64,000 nucleotides of DNA, from positions 160,001 to 224,000 of the forward strand of contig JAWLHJ010000003.1 of the NCBI GenBank assembly GCA_041690395.1, in the 5' to 3' direction. Shown one piece after another: positions 1 through 9,355 of this stretch. The notes under the pieces are model-generated. The model was not told the origin of the DNA. It was given only the letters and a program-made list of their open reading frames with translations, and searched no databases. This DNA comes from Longimicrobiales bacterium (GTDB lineage Bacteria > Gemmatimonadota > Gemmatimonadetes > Longimicrobiales > Gaopeijiaceae). Position 1 is the first letter of the stretch; each line of letters opens with the position of its first letter. The position numbers and the translations under genes were made by a program.

Positions 1-1
1 C

Positions 2-394
2 CTGCTGGAGTCGAGCTTCGGGCGACGGCTGGCCGCCGACTACTTCGAGACGACGATCCCGTGGCGCGTCTACCGGAGCGAGCACTACCGGGCCGCCGTC
101 GTCCTCACGCGCGAGCACGACCTCACCTACATGGACAAGCTGGCCGTGGTCGAGGACGCGCAGGGCGAGGGTCTCGGGGGGGCGCTCTGGGACGTTGTGC
201 GCAGCGACAACCCGTCGCTCTGTTGGCGCTCCCGCCGTGGCAACCAGATCAACGAGTTCTACTTCGCCAACGCCGATGGAGCGTGGAAGAGCGACAGGTG
301 GACCGTGTTCTGGTACGGTATGGACGGATGGGACCGCGTCCGAGATGCGGTGGAGACGGCGCTGGGCAAGCGGGCGACGTTCGAGGAGGCCTGA
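2..394 (+). CDS. C-terminal NAT (DUF619) domain of a bifunctional N-acetylglutamate synthase/kinase, 5' partial
   Basis: Frame open from base 2: LLESSFGRRLAADYF...YMDKLAVVEDAQGEGLGGALW...LCWRSRRGNQINEFYF..ADG...WTVFWYG, the typical NAT-domain motif set of Xanthomonas/Maricaulis-type NAGS-K. Confidence 0.85.
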   Translation: MLESSFGRRLAADYFETTIPWRVYRSEHYRAAVVLTREHDLTYMDKLAVVEDAQGEGLGGALWDVVRSDNPSLCWRSRRGNQINEFYFANADGAWKSDRWTVFWYGMDGWDRVRDAVETALGKRATFEEA

Positions 395-402
395 AATCCT
401 CC

Positions 403-945
403 ATGGACAGTCTCCGAGGCAAGCTCCTGATCTCTGCCGGTGGGCTCGTGGACCCGGACTTTCGCCACACGGTGGTGCTGGTCGGGGAGCATGGGCCGGA
501 GGGGGCACTCGGAGTCGTGCTCAATCGCCCGCTCGATCTGACGGTCGAAGAGGCGATTCCGGAGCTCCAGCGCTTCGTCGAATCAGGCACCCCCGTCTTC
601 CAGGGCGGCCCGGTTCAGCCCGAGAACCCGGTCCTCCTGGCTGAATTCATCAGGACCGGCGAGGCGCACCTGCCGGTGTTCGGGAATGTCGGATTCCTGA
701 TCGGGGATGTCCCGCTGGATGCCACCGAGGACATCCAGCGGGCCCGGGTCTTCGCAGGGTACTCGGGGTGGGGCCCCGGCCAATTAGAGGCCGAGATCGC
801 CGAGGGGTCCTGGATCGTGGATCCGGCTCGGGAAGACGATGTCTTCACGAATGCTCCGGAGCTCCTCTGGAGTCGGGTGCTCCGCCGGAAGGGACCGGAG
901 TACGAGGGGCTTTCGAAGATGCCGTACGACCCTTCGATGAACTGA
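403..945 (+). CDS. YqgE/AlgH family protein
   Basis: ATG at 403; LRGKLLI...DPDFRHTVVLV..H..EGALGVVLNRP, VFQGGPV, RVFAGYSGWGPGQLEAEI..GSW, ends DPSMN. Confidence 0.93.
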   Translation: MDSLRGKLLISAGGLVDPDFRHTVVLVGEHGPEGALGVVLNRPLDLTVEEAIPELQRFVESGTPVFQGGPVQPENPVLLAEFIRTGEAHLPVFGNVGFLIGDVPLDATEDIQRARVFAGYSGWGPGQLEAEIAEGSWIVDPAREDDVFTNAPELLWSRVLRRKGPEYEGLSKMPYDPSMN

Positions 946-1054
946 GTGACCGCGGCGAGCGCCTGGACGTCGGGTCGGTCCGTGGGCCCGACCAGGATCG
1001 TCATCCGTACCTCGGACCATCCGATCGGGCCCCAACCCTCGCTTGTCAGGTGAA

Positions 1055-1104
1055 CAGTCATGGACACTATCGATATCATTTTATATCTATATGGACACTG
1101 ACTG
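1055..1104. promoter_or_regulatory. AT-rich putative promoter/operator upstream of the PadR gene
   Basis: Direct repeat ATGGACACT at 1060 and 1091 around imperfect palindrome TATCGATAT-CATTTT-ATATCTATA (1068-1091), in an otherwise very GC-rich context. Confidence 0.5.
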
Positions 1105-1141
1105 ATCGACCGGTGAGCCACGACGGGGTGAGGAGGGGACG

Positions 1142-1465
1142 ATGGACGGGAAGAGCTTTCAGATCCTGGCAGCGTTGGCGGCCGAGCCGAGCCACGGCTA
1201 CGCCATTCGGCAGGACGTGGAGAGCCGCACGAACGGCGAGGTCCGTCTCTGGCCGGCGACCCTCTACGGCACCCTCGCCGAGCTGGACGAGCGCGGATGG
1301 ATCGGCGAGGTGGCCAGCCCGATGGGTGACGACGACGACCCGCGCCGACGCTACTACGCCCTCACCCGGGAGGGCCGCCAGGCCCTGGCCGACGAAGCGG
1401 CGCACCTGGAGGCGTTGGCGGGATTGGCCCGTGAGCGACTGGCCCTCGGCGAGGCGGGCTCGTGA
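1142..1465 (+). CDS. PadR family transcriptional regulator
   Basis: ILAALA..PSHGYAI...LWPATLYGTL..L...GWI...PRRRYYALTREGR; SD AGGAGG upstream. Confidence 0.93.
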   Translation: MDGKSFQILAALAAEPSHGYAIRQDVESRTNGEVRLWPATLYGTLAELDERGWIGEVASPMGDDDDPRRRYYALTREGRQALADEAAHLEALAGLARERLALGEAGS

Positions 1466-4143
1466 GCGCGCGGCATGACCCATGGTCGGTGCGCGCGGCC
1501 ATCGCGGTCTACGGTACCCTGGCCAGGCTCCTCCCCTACGACGCCCGGGCGCGATGGGGAGACGAGCAGACGGCATGCTTCATCGAATTCGCCCGTGCGG
1601 CTCACGAACGTAAAGGCGCCCTGAGCGTCGGCGCAGTGCTGCTGCAATCGACGGGGGACCTCATGCTGCGCCTACCCCGCGAGCACGTTCGCAACGGGGC
1701 GGCGGGCACGGCTTTCTCCGAACTCCGCTACGCGTTCCGCTCGCTCCTCCGGGCACCCGGCTTCAGCGCGGCCTCCGTCCTCACGCTGGGCCTCGGGCTC
1801 GCGGCTGCGCTCTCCGTCTTCACGCTGGTCTACGGGGTCCTCTTGAAGCCCCTGCCCTACGGCGAGCCGGACCGGCTGGTCGAGCTCGACCACCGAGCGA
1901 CGCGTCTCGACGTGGACGGCGGCCTGGGGATGACGTACGGCTTCTTCCGCTTCTACGCGGAGCGGATGAGCACGGTGGAGGAGCTCGCGCTCTACTCCAC
2001 CGCGACCCTGACCCTCACGGGTCCTGACCAAGCGGTGCGCATCACCGGTGCACGGACGACGCCCTCCCTGGCTCCGCTCCTCGAGGTGATGCCGGCTCTG
2101 GGTCGGTGGTTCACGGCCGATGAGGGCCGGGGCGAAGGGCAGCCGACCATCGTCCTCTCGCACCGGCTCTGGCGTGACGCCTTCGGATCCGATCCAGGCA
2201 TCGTGGACCGGACCGTCGAGCTGGAGGGCGCCCCCCACCGTGTCGTGGGCGTGATGCCCGACCGCTTCGCCTTCCCCGAGCGATCCATCGATATCTGGAT
2301 CCCGTGGCAACCGCCCACCACGGGGATCGGGGGGTGGAACCTCCGCTCCGTGGCCCGCCTGGCGGACGGGACGGAGATCGAGTCGGTGACCCGGGAGATG
2401 ACCGATCTCCTACCCCGGCTGGTGGAGACCGACGGCACGGGCCAGGCGCGCGACTACGTGGAGAACGCCGGGGTCGTGCCCTATGTGGTGTCGCTGCACG
2501 AGCGCGTGACGGGCCCGGTCCGCGGTACCCTCCTCGTGCTCCTGGGGACGGTCGGGTTCGTCCTCCTCGTGGCGCTGGCCAACGTCGGCAACCTGTTCCT
2601 CGTGCGCGCCGAAGAGGGGCGTCATCGGACGGCGCTGCGGCGCGCTCTGGGAGCATCCGCGGGCCGCCTTGCCACCGGCCACCTGCTGGAGGCCCTCCTC
2701 CTGACAGGGACGGCGGGGCTCGTCGGGACCGCCCTCGCCTGGCTCGCCGTCGACACCGTTCGCAGCGGGACGCCCGTGGCTATCCCGCGGTTGCACGAGG
2801 TCGGCCTCGATCCCGTGCTCGCCCTGGCCGCCGCCGGCCTGTGCGCGCTCATCGGTCTGGCCCTGGCGGCGATTCCCGCGCTGCGCGGAAGCGGCGAGGC
2901 CATGCTGCCCTTCCGCGACGACGGTCGCTCGACGGCCGGTGGCGGGCGACTGCGGGGTCGTAACGTTCTGGTGGCCGCACAGATGGCCCTGGCCCTCGTC
3001 CTCCTCGTGGGCTCGGGGCTGCTGCTGCGCACCTTCAGTGAGCTCCGCTCCGCGGATCCCGGCTTCCACGAGCGACAGGCTCTCACCTTCCGGGTCGGGC
3101 TACCGGCGGCACGCTATGGCGGACGCGCGGCTGCCCTCGCCTTCCACGAGGAGCTCGAGGACCGGATCGCGGCCATCCCGGGCGTGCGCCGCATGGGCGC
3201 GGTGGCGCCCTGCCTCCCCCTCTCCGGTGATCTCTGCTGGGGCGAGGTACTTCAGATCGAAGGCCGCCCCGCCGAGCCCGGTGCATCACCCATCGTGACG
3301 GGGACGCGTGCCGTGACCCCCGGCTACTTCGAGTCGATGGGGATCGCCGTCCGCGGGCGGGCGATCGAGGAGCGTGACCTGGTCGACGGCGAGGCGATCG
3401 CCGTGCTCAGTGAGACGGCGGCCGCGCGGCACTTCCCCGGAGAAGATCCCATCGGCCGGCGGGTGAGTCTTCGCGGACCTGAGCCGACGTGGTACACCGT
3501 GGTCGGCGTCGCCGACGACGTGCGGGCCCGGATCGAGGATACGAGCCTCACGACGCTCATCTACCTTCCGGCGCGCCCTGCCGGCACCGATGGCCCTCCG
3601 CCCCACACGATGGCGTACGTCGTGGCCACCTCGATTCCGCCGGCCTCCCTCGCCCCCGCCGTCCGAGAGGCGGTTAGGGCGCTGGACCCGGGTGTGCCCG
3701 TGGCCGACGTGGCGACCGTTCGCGAGCACATCGCCCGGGCCATGGCTCCCACGACCTTCTCCTTCGCCGTCATCGGCGTCGCCGCGCTCATCGCGCTTCT
3801 TCTCGGGGCGGTGGGGGTCTACGCCGTCACATCCTACGCTGTCAGCCGGCGGACGGCGGAGATCGGGATCCGCATGGCCCTCGGGGCGGGCGGACGCGAG
3901 GTGCGTACGATGGTACTGCGTCAGGGCGGCACCGCGGTCGCCGCCGGGGTGATCATCGGACTCGCGGCGGCCCTCGGGCTCTCCCGTTTCCTCGAGGGGA
4001 TGCTGCACGGCGTCCCCACCACCGACCCGGTGACCTACGCGGCCATCACCGGTATTCTCGCGGTGGTCGCCGGCGCGGCCCTCTGGTGGCCCGCTCGACG
4101 TGCCTCACGCGTGGACCCAGTGGAGGCGATACGGGAGCGGTAG
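1462..4143 (+). CDS. Duplicated MacB/FtsX-like ABC permease (ADOP-type orphan permease)
   Basis: ELRYAFRSLLRAPGF, LLKPLPY.EPDRLV, two periplasmic plus FtsX repeats, VSRRTAEIGIRMALGA, PARRASRVDPVEAIR; GTGA overlap with PadR stop. Confidence 0.92.
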   Translation: MSARHDPWSVRAAIAVYGTLARLLPYDARARWGDEQTACFIEFARAAHERKGALSVGAVLLQSTGDLMLRLPREHVRNGAAGTAFSELRYAFRSLLRAPGFSAASVLTLGLGLAAALSVFTLVYGVLLKPLPYGEPDRLVELDHRATRLDVDGGLGMTYGFFRFYAERMSTVEELALYSTATLTLTGPDQAVRITGARTTPSLAPLLEVMPALGRWFTADEGRGEGQPTIVLSHRLWRDAFGSDPGIVDRTVELEGAPHRVVGVMPDRFAFPERSIDIWIPWQPPTTGIGGWNLRSVARLADGTEIESVTREMTDLLPRLVETDGTGQARDYVENAGVVPYVVSLHERVTGPVRGTLLVLLGTVGFVLLVALANVGNLFLVRAEEGRHRTALRRALGASAGRLATGHLLEALLLTGTAGLVGTALAWLAVDTVRSGTPVAIPRLHEVGLDPVLALAAAGLCALIGLALAAIPALRGSGEAMLPFRDDGRSTAGGGRLRGRNVLVAAQMALALVLLVGSGLLLRTFSELRSADPGFHERQALTFRVGLPAARYGGRAAALAFHEELEDRIAAIPGVRRMGAVAPCLPLSGDLCWGEVLQIEGRPAEPGASPIVTGTRAVTPGYFESMGIAVRGRAIEERDLVDGEAIAVLSETAAARHFPGEDPIGRRVSLRGPEPTWYTVVGVADDVRARIEDTSLTTLIYLPARPAGTDGPPPHTMAYVVATSIPPASLAPAVREAVRALDPGVPVADVATVREHIARAMAPTTFSFAVIGVAALIALLLGAVGVYAVTSYAVSRRTAEIGIRMALGAGGREVRTMVLRQGGTAVAAGVIIGLAAALGLSRFLEGMLHGVPTTDPVTYAAITGILAVVAGAALWWPARRASRVDPVEAIRER

Positions 4144-4179
4144 GAATCGCTGTGAGCCGGACAGTCCCGATGCGACCAA

Positions 4180-4689
4180 TCAGGTCCCTCCGGGATCCCC
4201 GGGTGAGAAGCGCTGGAGCTCACCGCCCGGCGCCCAGATCACGAGGGTGCGGACCGGCTCGTCGGAGAGCACCCGGTGGGCGACCGTGTCCTCCGGCCGG
4301 ACGATCCCGACCATGCCCGGATCGAGGCGGTGGGGGACCCCGTTCACCTCGTGCTCGAGCACGCCGGAGAGCACGTAGAAGATCTCCACCCGACCGTGTC
4401 GGTGCTCACCTCCGCTGCGCGGTCCACCAGGCGGGAAGGTCATCTCGACGATCTCGACCTCCTGGCCCCCGAGGTTGGCCTCTTCCACCAGGACCTCCAC
4501 CGCGATCCGTCCAATGTTGAACGCGCGGGTGCCCGTGCTCACCGCGTCGTACCCGGTCGGGCCGTCCTGGGCGGACGCTCGAGCCGGGGCGGCCGGCAGG
4601 GCCGCGGCCCCGAACGCGAACGCCAAGGCCACCGGCCCGACCCTCCAGGCCCCCCAGACCCTCACGTCTCCGCTCTGCACACCGATCAT
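4180..4689 (-). CDS. Exported cupin domain protein
   Basis: ATG at 4689 with GGAGG SD; Ala-rich signal peptide ending ASAQ; cupin motifs EHRHGRVEIFYVLSG and PGMVGIVRPEDTVAH. Confidence 0.82.
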   Translation of the reverse strand: MIGVQSGDVRVWGAWRVGPVALAFAFGAAALPAAPARASAQDGPTGYDAVSTGTRAFNIGRIAVEVLVEEANLGGQEVEIVEMTFPPGGPRSGGEHRHGRVEIFYVLSGVLEHEVNGVPHRLDPGMVGIVRPEDTVAHRVLSDEPVRTLVIWAPGGELQRFSPGDPGGT

Positions 4690-5065
4690 CCCCAACCTCC
4701 CCCTCAACGGTAGGTGCCTCAAACCACGTCTGTGGCGCGACGGCCAACGTAGGAGAGGCGTTCTGAGCGAACAAGAAGGGTTCTGGAGCGGTATCCGGGG
4801 CATCCACGTGGAGGAGGGAGGCGGCCCTGCCACTGCGGCGGATCCGGGCTCCCCACCCGACAAGGCCGCCGGACGGCGCGCCGAGGCTTTCAAGCGGTTT
4901 GGCTCGCGCGGTGACGCATGGGATCGGGGGAGCTCCCAGACGTCGACCCGCCCCAGCCCGGCCGGCCCTGGCGCGGAATCTTCCTTGGTAGCTTGACGTG
5001 CCACCCCGCCGCGCCCAGGCTGCGTAGGTAGGTTCGGCAGCTCACCACTGCAGTAGGGTGCCCCG

Positions 5066-6844
5066 ATGGCTCGTCGTGTATCGTTGATGATCATCGCCCT
5101 CACCCTGTGGGCACCTGCGAGCGCCGCTCTCGCCCAGGACCGCGGAGGTGCCGTCTTCGACGGCAATAGCGGCCTTCCCATCGGCGGTGCGCTCATCGAA
5201 GCTCTGGACGCCGACGACCGGATCCTCTCCAGGGCGTTGACCGATGGAGACGGGCGTTTCCTGTTGCGAGGGATCGAGGGGCGTGGCGTCGCCCACATCA
5301 CGGTCGTGCGGATCGGCTACGAGACGGAGCGTATCCGCGTCGCTTCCATGGAGCGTCGGCTACGCATCGAGGTCTCCCGAGCGCCCATCGAGTTGCCCGG
5401 CCTCGGCGTGGTGGGCGACAGTCACTGCGAGGTCGGACGCGATGGAGGCCCGTTGGCCGCGGCGCTCTGGGCGGAGGCCGAGAAGGCGTTGGTCATGTCG
5501 ACGGTCACCGAGAGCGAAGTGGCAGCGTTCGAGGTGGAGCGATATCGGCGAGACCTGCACCCGCAGGGTATGCGCGTGCTCGACGGGACGACACAGCTCC
5601 GGAGCATTTTTTCCGATCGGCCCTTCGTGTCGGTCGAGGCGGACACGTTCGAGGTACGCGGCTGGGCGCATGAGGACGCCGGGGATCTCGTATACTACGC
5701 GCCCGATGCGGAAGCCCTGCTCTCCCCGGAGTTCTCGGATCACCACTGCTTCTGGGCGGAGCGTTCAGGCGATCAGTATGTGCTCCACTTCGAGCCCAAC
5801 CGTGTCCGTGACGTGCCTGAGCTCGCCGGCGCGTTCTTCCTCGACGCCGAGACGACGCAACTCGGACAGCTACGGTTCCGATACGTGAATCTCGCGATCC
5901 CGCCGGAGGGAGAGGCCGTGGCCGGAGGGGAAGTGCGGTTCACCACCGCACCGAACGGTCGGAGGGTCGTCAGCGATTGGGCCATTCGGATGCCCATCGT
6001 CGAGGTCAACGAGACCGTGTGGCGGAATCGCCGTACGGCCCCCGCACGCGTCACGGGAATCCTGGAAGAAGGAGGGCGCATTCTCTCGATCCAGGCGGCG
6101 GGACGCACACAGGACCTCCGACAAGACACCCACCTGGAAGGGGTCGTGCGAACGGCCGACACGCCTCTGACCGACGCCCACGTGTCGATTCTCGGAACCA
6201 CGTTCTCGACGCGAACCGAGGCAGACGGGAGCTTCGCCTTCTCCGGAGTCCCCGAAGGCCGCTATGTGCTGAGTCTCACTCATCCCTCGCTCGACTCCCT
6301 CCTGTGGCTCGAACGCTGGGAAGAGCCGGTAGAAATCAGGGAGGGCACCCCGGACACGGTCCATGTCGTTACTCCGGATGCGCCGGAGGCGGCCATGGTC
6401 GCCTGCCAGGAGAGCGGGCCGTGGAAGGCGGTCCTGGAGCAGTTGGATGAAGCGGCGGAAGTAGCCGTGGTATTCGGGCGAGTCTTTGGTGCGGATGAAC
6501 ACCCCGCAGGCCATGCGGTCGTCCGCGCCTCGCTCTCGCGGTGGAACGTCGGGGTGGCCGCCGGCCGACCGGGGATACCCGAGGGATTCGAGCGAAGGGA
6601 GATGATCGCGAAGTCGATACCCGGCCTCGCGCGTGTTCAACGGTTGACCCAGGGACAGCTCGTAACGGTCACCGAGGACCGGCAGATCATCGAATCCGTC
6701 ACCGACGAACTCGGACGTTTCGTCATCTGTGCCCCTCTCGGCGCACTCCTCGAGTTGGAGACTCCGGACATCCAGGGGTCGCCCGTCATGAGCGTGAGGG
6801 CGCTGGAAGCGATGACGAGGGTCGATCTGCGCGTGCCGGAGTGA
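5066..6844 (+). CDS. Secreted carboxypeptidase-regulatory-like (transthyretin-fold) repeat protein
   Basis: Signal peptide; repeated TD.DGRF / T.ADGSF..GVPEGRY.L motifs; central YYAPDA..LLS..F...HCF domain. Confidence 0.8.
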   Translation: MARRVSLMIIALTLWAPASAALAQDRGGAVFDGNSGLPIGGALIEALDADDRILSRALTDGDGRFLLRGIEGRGVAHITVVRIGYETERIRVASMERRLRIEVSRAPIELPGLGVVGDSHCEVGRDGGPLAAALWAEAEKALVMSTVTESEVAAFEVERYRRDLHPQGMRVLDGTTQLRSIFSDRPFVSVEADTFEVRGWAHEDAGDLVYYAPDAEALLSPEFSDHHCFWAERSGDQYVLHFEPNRVRDVPELAGAFFLDAETTQLGQLRFRYVNLAIPPEGEAVAGGEVRFTTAPNGRRVVSDWAIRMPIVEVNETVWRNRRTAPARVTGILEEGGRILSIQAAGRTQDLRQDTHLEGVVRTADTPLTDAHVSILGTTFSTRTEADGSFAFSGVPEGRYVLSLTHPSLDSLLWLERWEEPVEIREGTPDTVHVVTPDAPEAAMVACQESGPWKAVLEQLDEAAEVAVVFGRVFGADEHPAGHAVVRASLSRWNVGVAAGRPGIPEGFERREMIAKSIPGLARVQRLTQGQLVTVTEDRQIIESVTDELGRFVICAPLGALLELETPDIQGSPVMSVRALEAMTRVDLRVPE

Positions 6845-6856
6845 GCCGCGCCCGGA

Positions 6857-9271
6857 CTACTCGCCACCCGTGCGGATCAACACGACACCATTGGCGTGAT
6901 CCGTGAGTGCACCCGCGGTCCCGAATCTGAACGTCGCCTCCTGAGGCGAGACGAACTCCACCGACCTGAGCTCCGAGAGCGGGAAAGCGTCCAGGAGCCG
7001 GGCCGCTTCCTCCGTCGAAAGCCAAGCGCCGTCGAGCACCACTTGCGCGCAGCGGGCCCCGCCGCCGATGCCGCGACCCATCGCGCGGGAGTAGACGATG
7101 CAGGACCCGATGTACTGCGTGCCCGTGGCGAGCGTGCTCAGGTAGATCAGGCCCGGGGCGGCCGCCTGCAGAAGCTGGCCCAGGTCGGTGACCGCCCGCT
7201 CGGTGATGGCTGCATCGATGTCGGTTCGGGACAGCGCGAACGTGCCACTGGACCCGCTACGTCGATTGGCCGACGCCTCCGGGGACCGTACCTCGACCAC
7301 GACCGGCTCCAACTCGTACCTGGGCCGGGCCATCGGAACCGTCACTACCGTGACCGCGGAATCCGCGACCTGCACCGTCTCGGCCCGCGGGGCGAAGCCC
7401 GCATGCTCGACTTCGACCGGCACGGCACCGAACGCAACCGTCGGAAAGACGGCCCGGCCCTCCGCGTCGCTCGTCGCGGATCGCTCGACCGCCGGGAGCA
7501 CGACCCGCGCTCCCGGTAGCGGCCCGTCGGAGGTCACCACGCGTATGATGAGGGCCTGTGCGGTCGGGACCGGCCGCAACGGAAGCGTGATCCGCTCCAC
7601 CGTCTCCCCGGCTCGCACCGCAATCGTGTCGCTGACGAAGCCTCGCGAAGCCGCGCTCAGGTGATACGACTGGTCTTCCTCCAGACCGCACAGGAAGAAA
7701 CGACCGTCCGGGCGCGCCGGAACGGAAGCCGACCGATCGCTCTGCTCGAACGTCGCATCTACTCCCGGACTCAGCCACCGGATCCCTTCCCACTCGACCG
7801 TCAGGCGCGTGTCTTGCCGAGGATCGCCGTCGGGCCAGCTCACTGCTCCGACCAACACGGACTCGCCTTCTTCGGAGAAGGGCTCGGAGCAGAGGTCCCC
7901 GATGGCGCGCGCGGGGGAAGGAATACGCAGTACGGCTTCGGTTACGCGTTCCTCCTCGACCCGGACGGTCCGTGTCGGTGGCGGGGCACCGATCGTCTCC
8001 AGCGACGGAGTCGTGACCGTGACCTCGTAGTGGCCCGCGGGCACCTCGTCGAGAACGAACGATCCATCCGCCCCGCTTTCGGTCTCGATGAGCCCTCCCC
8101 GCAGCGCTACCCGAGCACCCCCCACCGGGACGTCGCCCGGCTCCTCGACGACCCGCCCCTGGACGGTGCCCAACCCGACCACCACGAAACGCTCTTCGTC
8201 CGTTCTGACCTCACGGACGACTCCGCCCTCCTCGATGATGGCATTCAGCCCGTACCGGACCTCGGGCTCCCCGGCACGGCTGAACCGAAACCGGCGCTCC
8301 TCCACCACGGGCATGCGCAGCCACCATCGACTCACGATCCAGGGCCCCTCCGGGAGCTGGGCGAACTCCACGCGCCCGCCGATCGCTCCGGCCCCCTCGA
8401 GATCCCAGGGAAGTCGGGTGAAATCGAAATCCAGGCGCTCGGGGGCGAAGGTCTCACGGTCGAACCAGAGGGTCCCCACGATGTCGCGTCCGGCCACGTC
8501 GTGTGGCCGAAACCGCAGTCCCGCCCAGCCAGGCTCGGGTCCGTCGTCCGTGAACCCGAAACAATGGGTGCTCTGGAACGTGCGTGACATCAGCACCGAT
8601 GCGTCGGGAGCGTAGTACCGAAGCTCGGCCTCTCCGCGCTCCCCCTGGACGTAGCCCTCCTCGGCGAGGCGCTCCGCCGGAAGCGAAGCGAACGGGCTCC
8701 CGGCATGGAAGCCGCTGCGCGGCCGTCGGCGCTCGTCCCGCACGCGCAGCGTCGCCGGATCGAGCGTGCGCGTCCACCGGTCGATGGAGAACTGGAAGAG
8801 CCCGGCCTCCTCCACCAGCACCGTGACCCTCAGCGCCTTGCGTAGCTCTTCCCAGACGGCCGCGACCCTCGAGGCGACGTCCGGCGACACCGCGCACTCT
8901 CGACCCGATTCGACCCTGAGGCCTTCGAGCTCGAGGGCGCGGGGTTGGAGGCGCAGTTCCAGCAACTCCGACGCGCCGGGCGTCAGCACGACGTCACGCA
9001 CGATCGACTCGTGGCCGATGTACTCGGCGCGGACGGTGTAGGAGCCGAACGAGGAAGCCGTCAGGATGAACCATCCGGACGGATCGGTGAGGGTGCTGGC
9101 GATCGCCGAGCCACCCGAGTCCTCGAGGCTGACGTAAGCTGCCGCCAGTGGACGTGTTCCGTCGCCGAGGAGGCGCCCCCTCACTTCCTGTGCGGGCGCA
9201 ACGGTAGCAGACCAGAGACCCGCGAGGGCGAGGGTCGCGGTCAGGATGCTCGTTCTCAGAAAGCAGGTCAT
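6857..9271 (-). CDS. Secreted carboxypeptidase-regulatory-like repeat protein with C-terminal TonB plug-like domain
   Basis: Signal peptide; several TD.SGWF / ADGSF / DAEGRA repeats; same central domain as 5066-6844; C-terminus LEPVVV...VVLDG...LRSVEFV...GVVLIRT. Start could be 9277. Confidence 0.78.
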   Translation of the reverse strand: MTCFLRTSILTATLALAGLWSATVAPAQEVRGRLLGDGTRPLAAAYVSLEDSGGSAIASTLTDPSGWFILTASSFGSYTVRAEYIGHESIVRDVVLTPGASELLELRLQPRALELEGLRVESGRECAVSPDVASRVAAVWEELRKALRVTVLVEEAGLFQFSIDRWTRTLDPATLRVRDERRRPRSGFHAGSPFASLPAERLAEEGYVQGERGEAELRYYAPDASVLMSRTFQSTHCFGFTDDGPEPGWAGLRFRPHDVAGRDIVGTLWFDRETFAPERLDFDFTRLPWDLEGAGAIGGRVEFAQLPEGPWIVSRWWLRMPVVEERRFRFSRAGEPEVRYGLNAIIEEGGVVREVRTDEERFVVVGLGTVQGRVVEEPGDVPVGGARVALRGGLIETESGADGSFVLDEVPAGHYEVTVTTPSLETIGAPPPTRTVRVEEERVTEAVLRIPSPARAIGDLCSEPFSEEGESVLVGAVSWPDGDPRQDTRLTVEWEGIRWLSPGVDATFEQSDRSASVPARPDGRFFLCGLEEDQSYHLSAASRGFVSDTIAVRAGETVERITLPLRPVPTAQALIIRVVTSDGPLPGARVVLPAVERSATSDAEGRAVFPTVAFGAVPVEVEHAGFAPRAETVQVADSAVTVVTVPMARPRYELEPVVVEVRSPEASANRRSGSSGTFALSRTDIDAAITERAVTDLGQLLQAAAPGLIYLSTLATGTQYIGSCIVYSRAMGRGIGGGARCAQVVLDGAWLSTEEAARLLDAFPLSELRSVEFVSPQEATFRFGTAGALTDHANGVVLIRTGGE

Positions 9272-9355
9272 GGTCACCGCTCCTTCAGCTTCCTGAAGCT
9301 GCGGGCCGCGCAGACCCTCGCGCAACCTGCGTGCAGAAGGTCGGCCGGCCTCCCG

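Noticed and set aside
61..402. N-terminal extension of the YqgE ORF in the track
   Set aside because: Overlaps the NAT-domain gene in another frame; family similarity begins at ATG 403
4740..4996. Possible cobalamin riboswitch (GCGGCCCTGCCACTG) or small CTG-start ORF in the cupin intergenic region
   Set aside because: The other B12-box elements are not present in the right order, neighbours are not B12-related, and the ORF has no recognisable features
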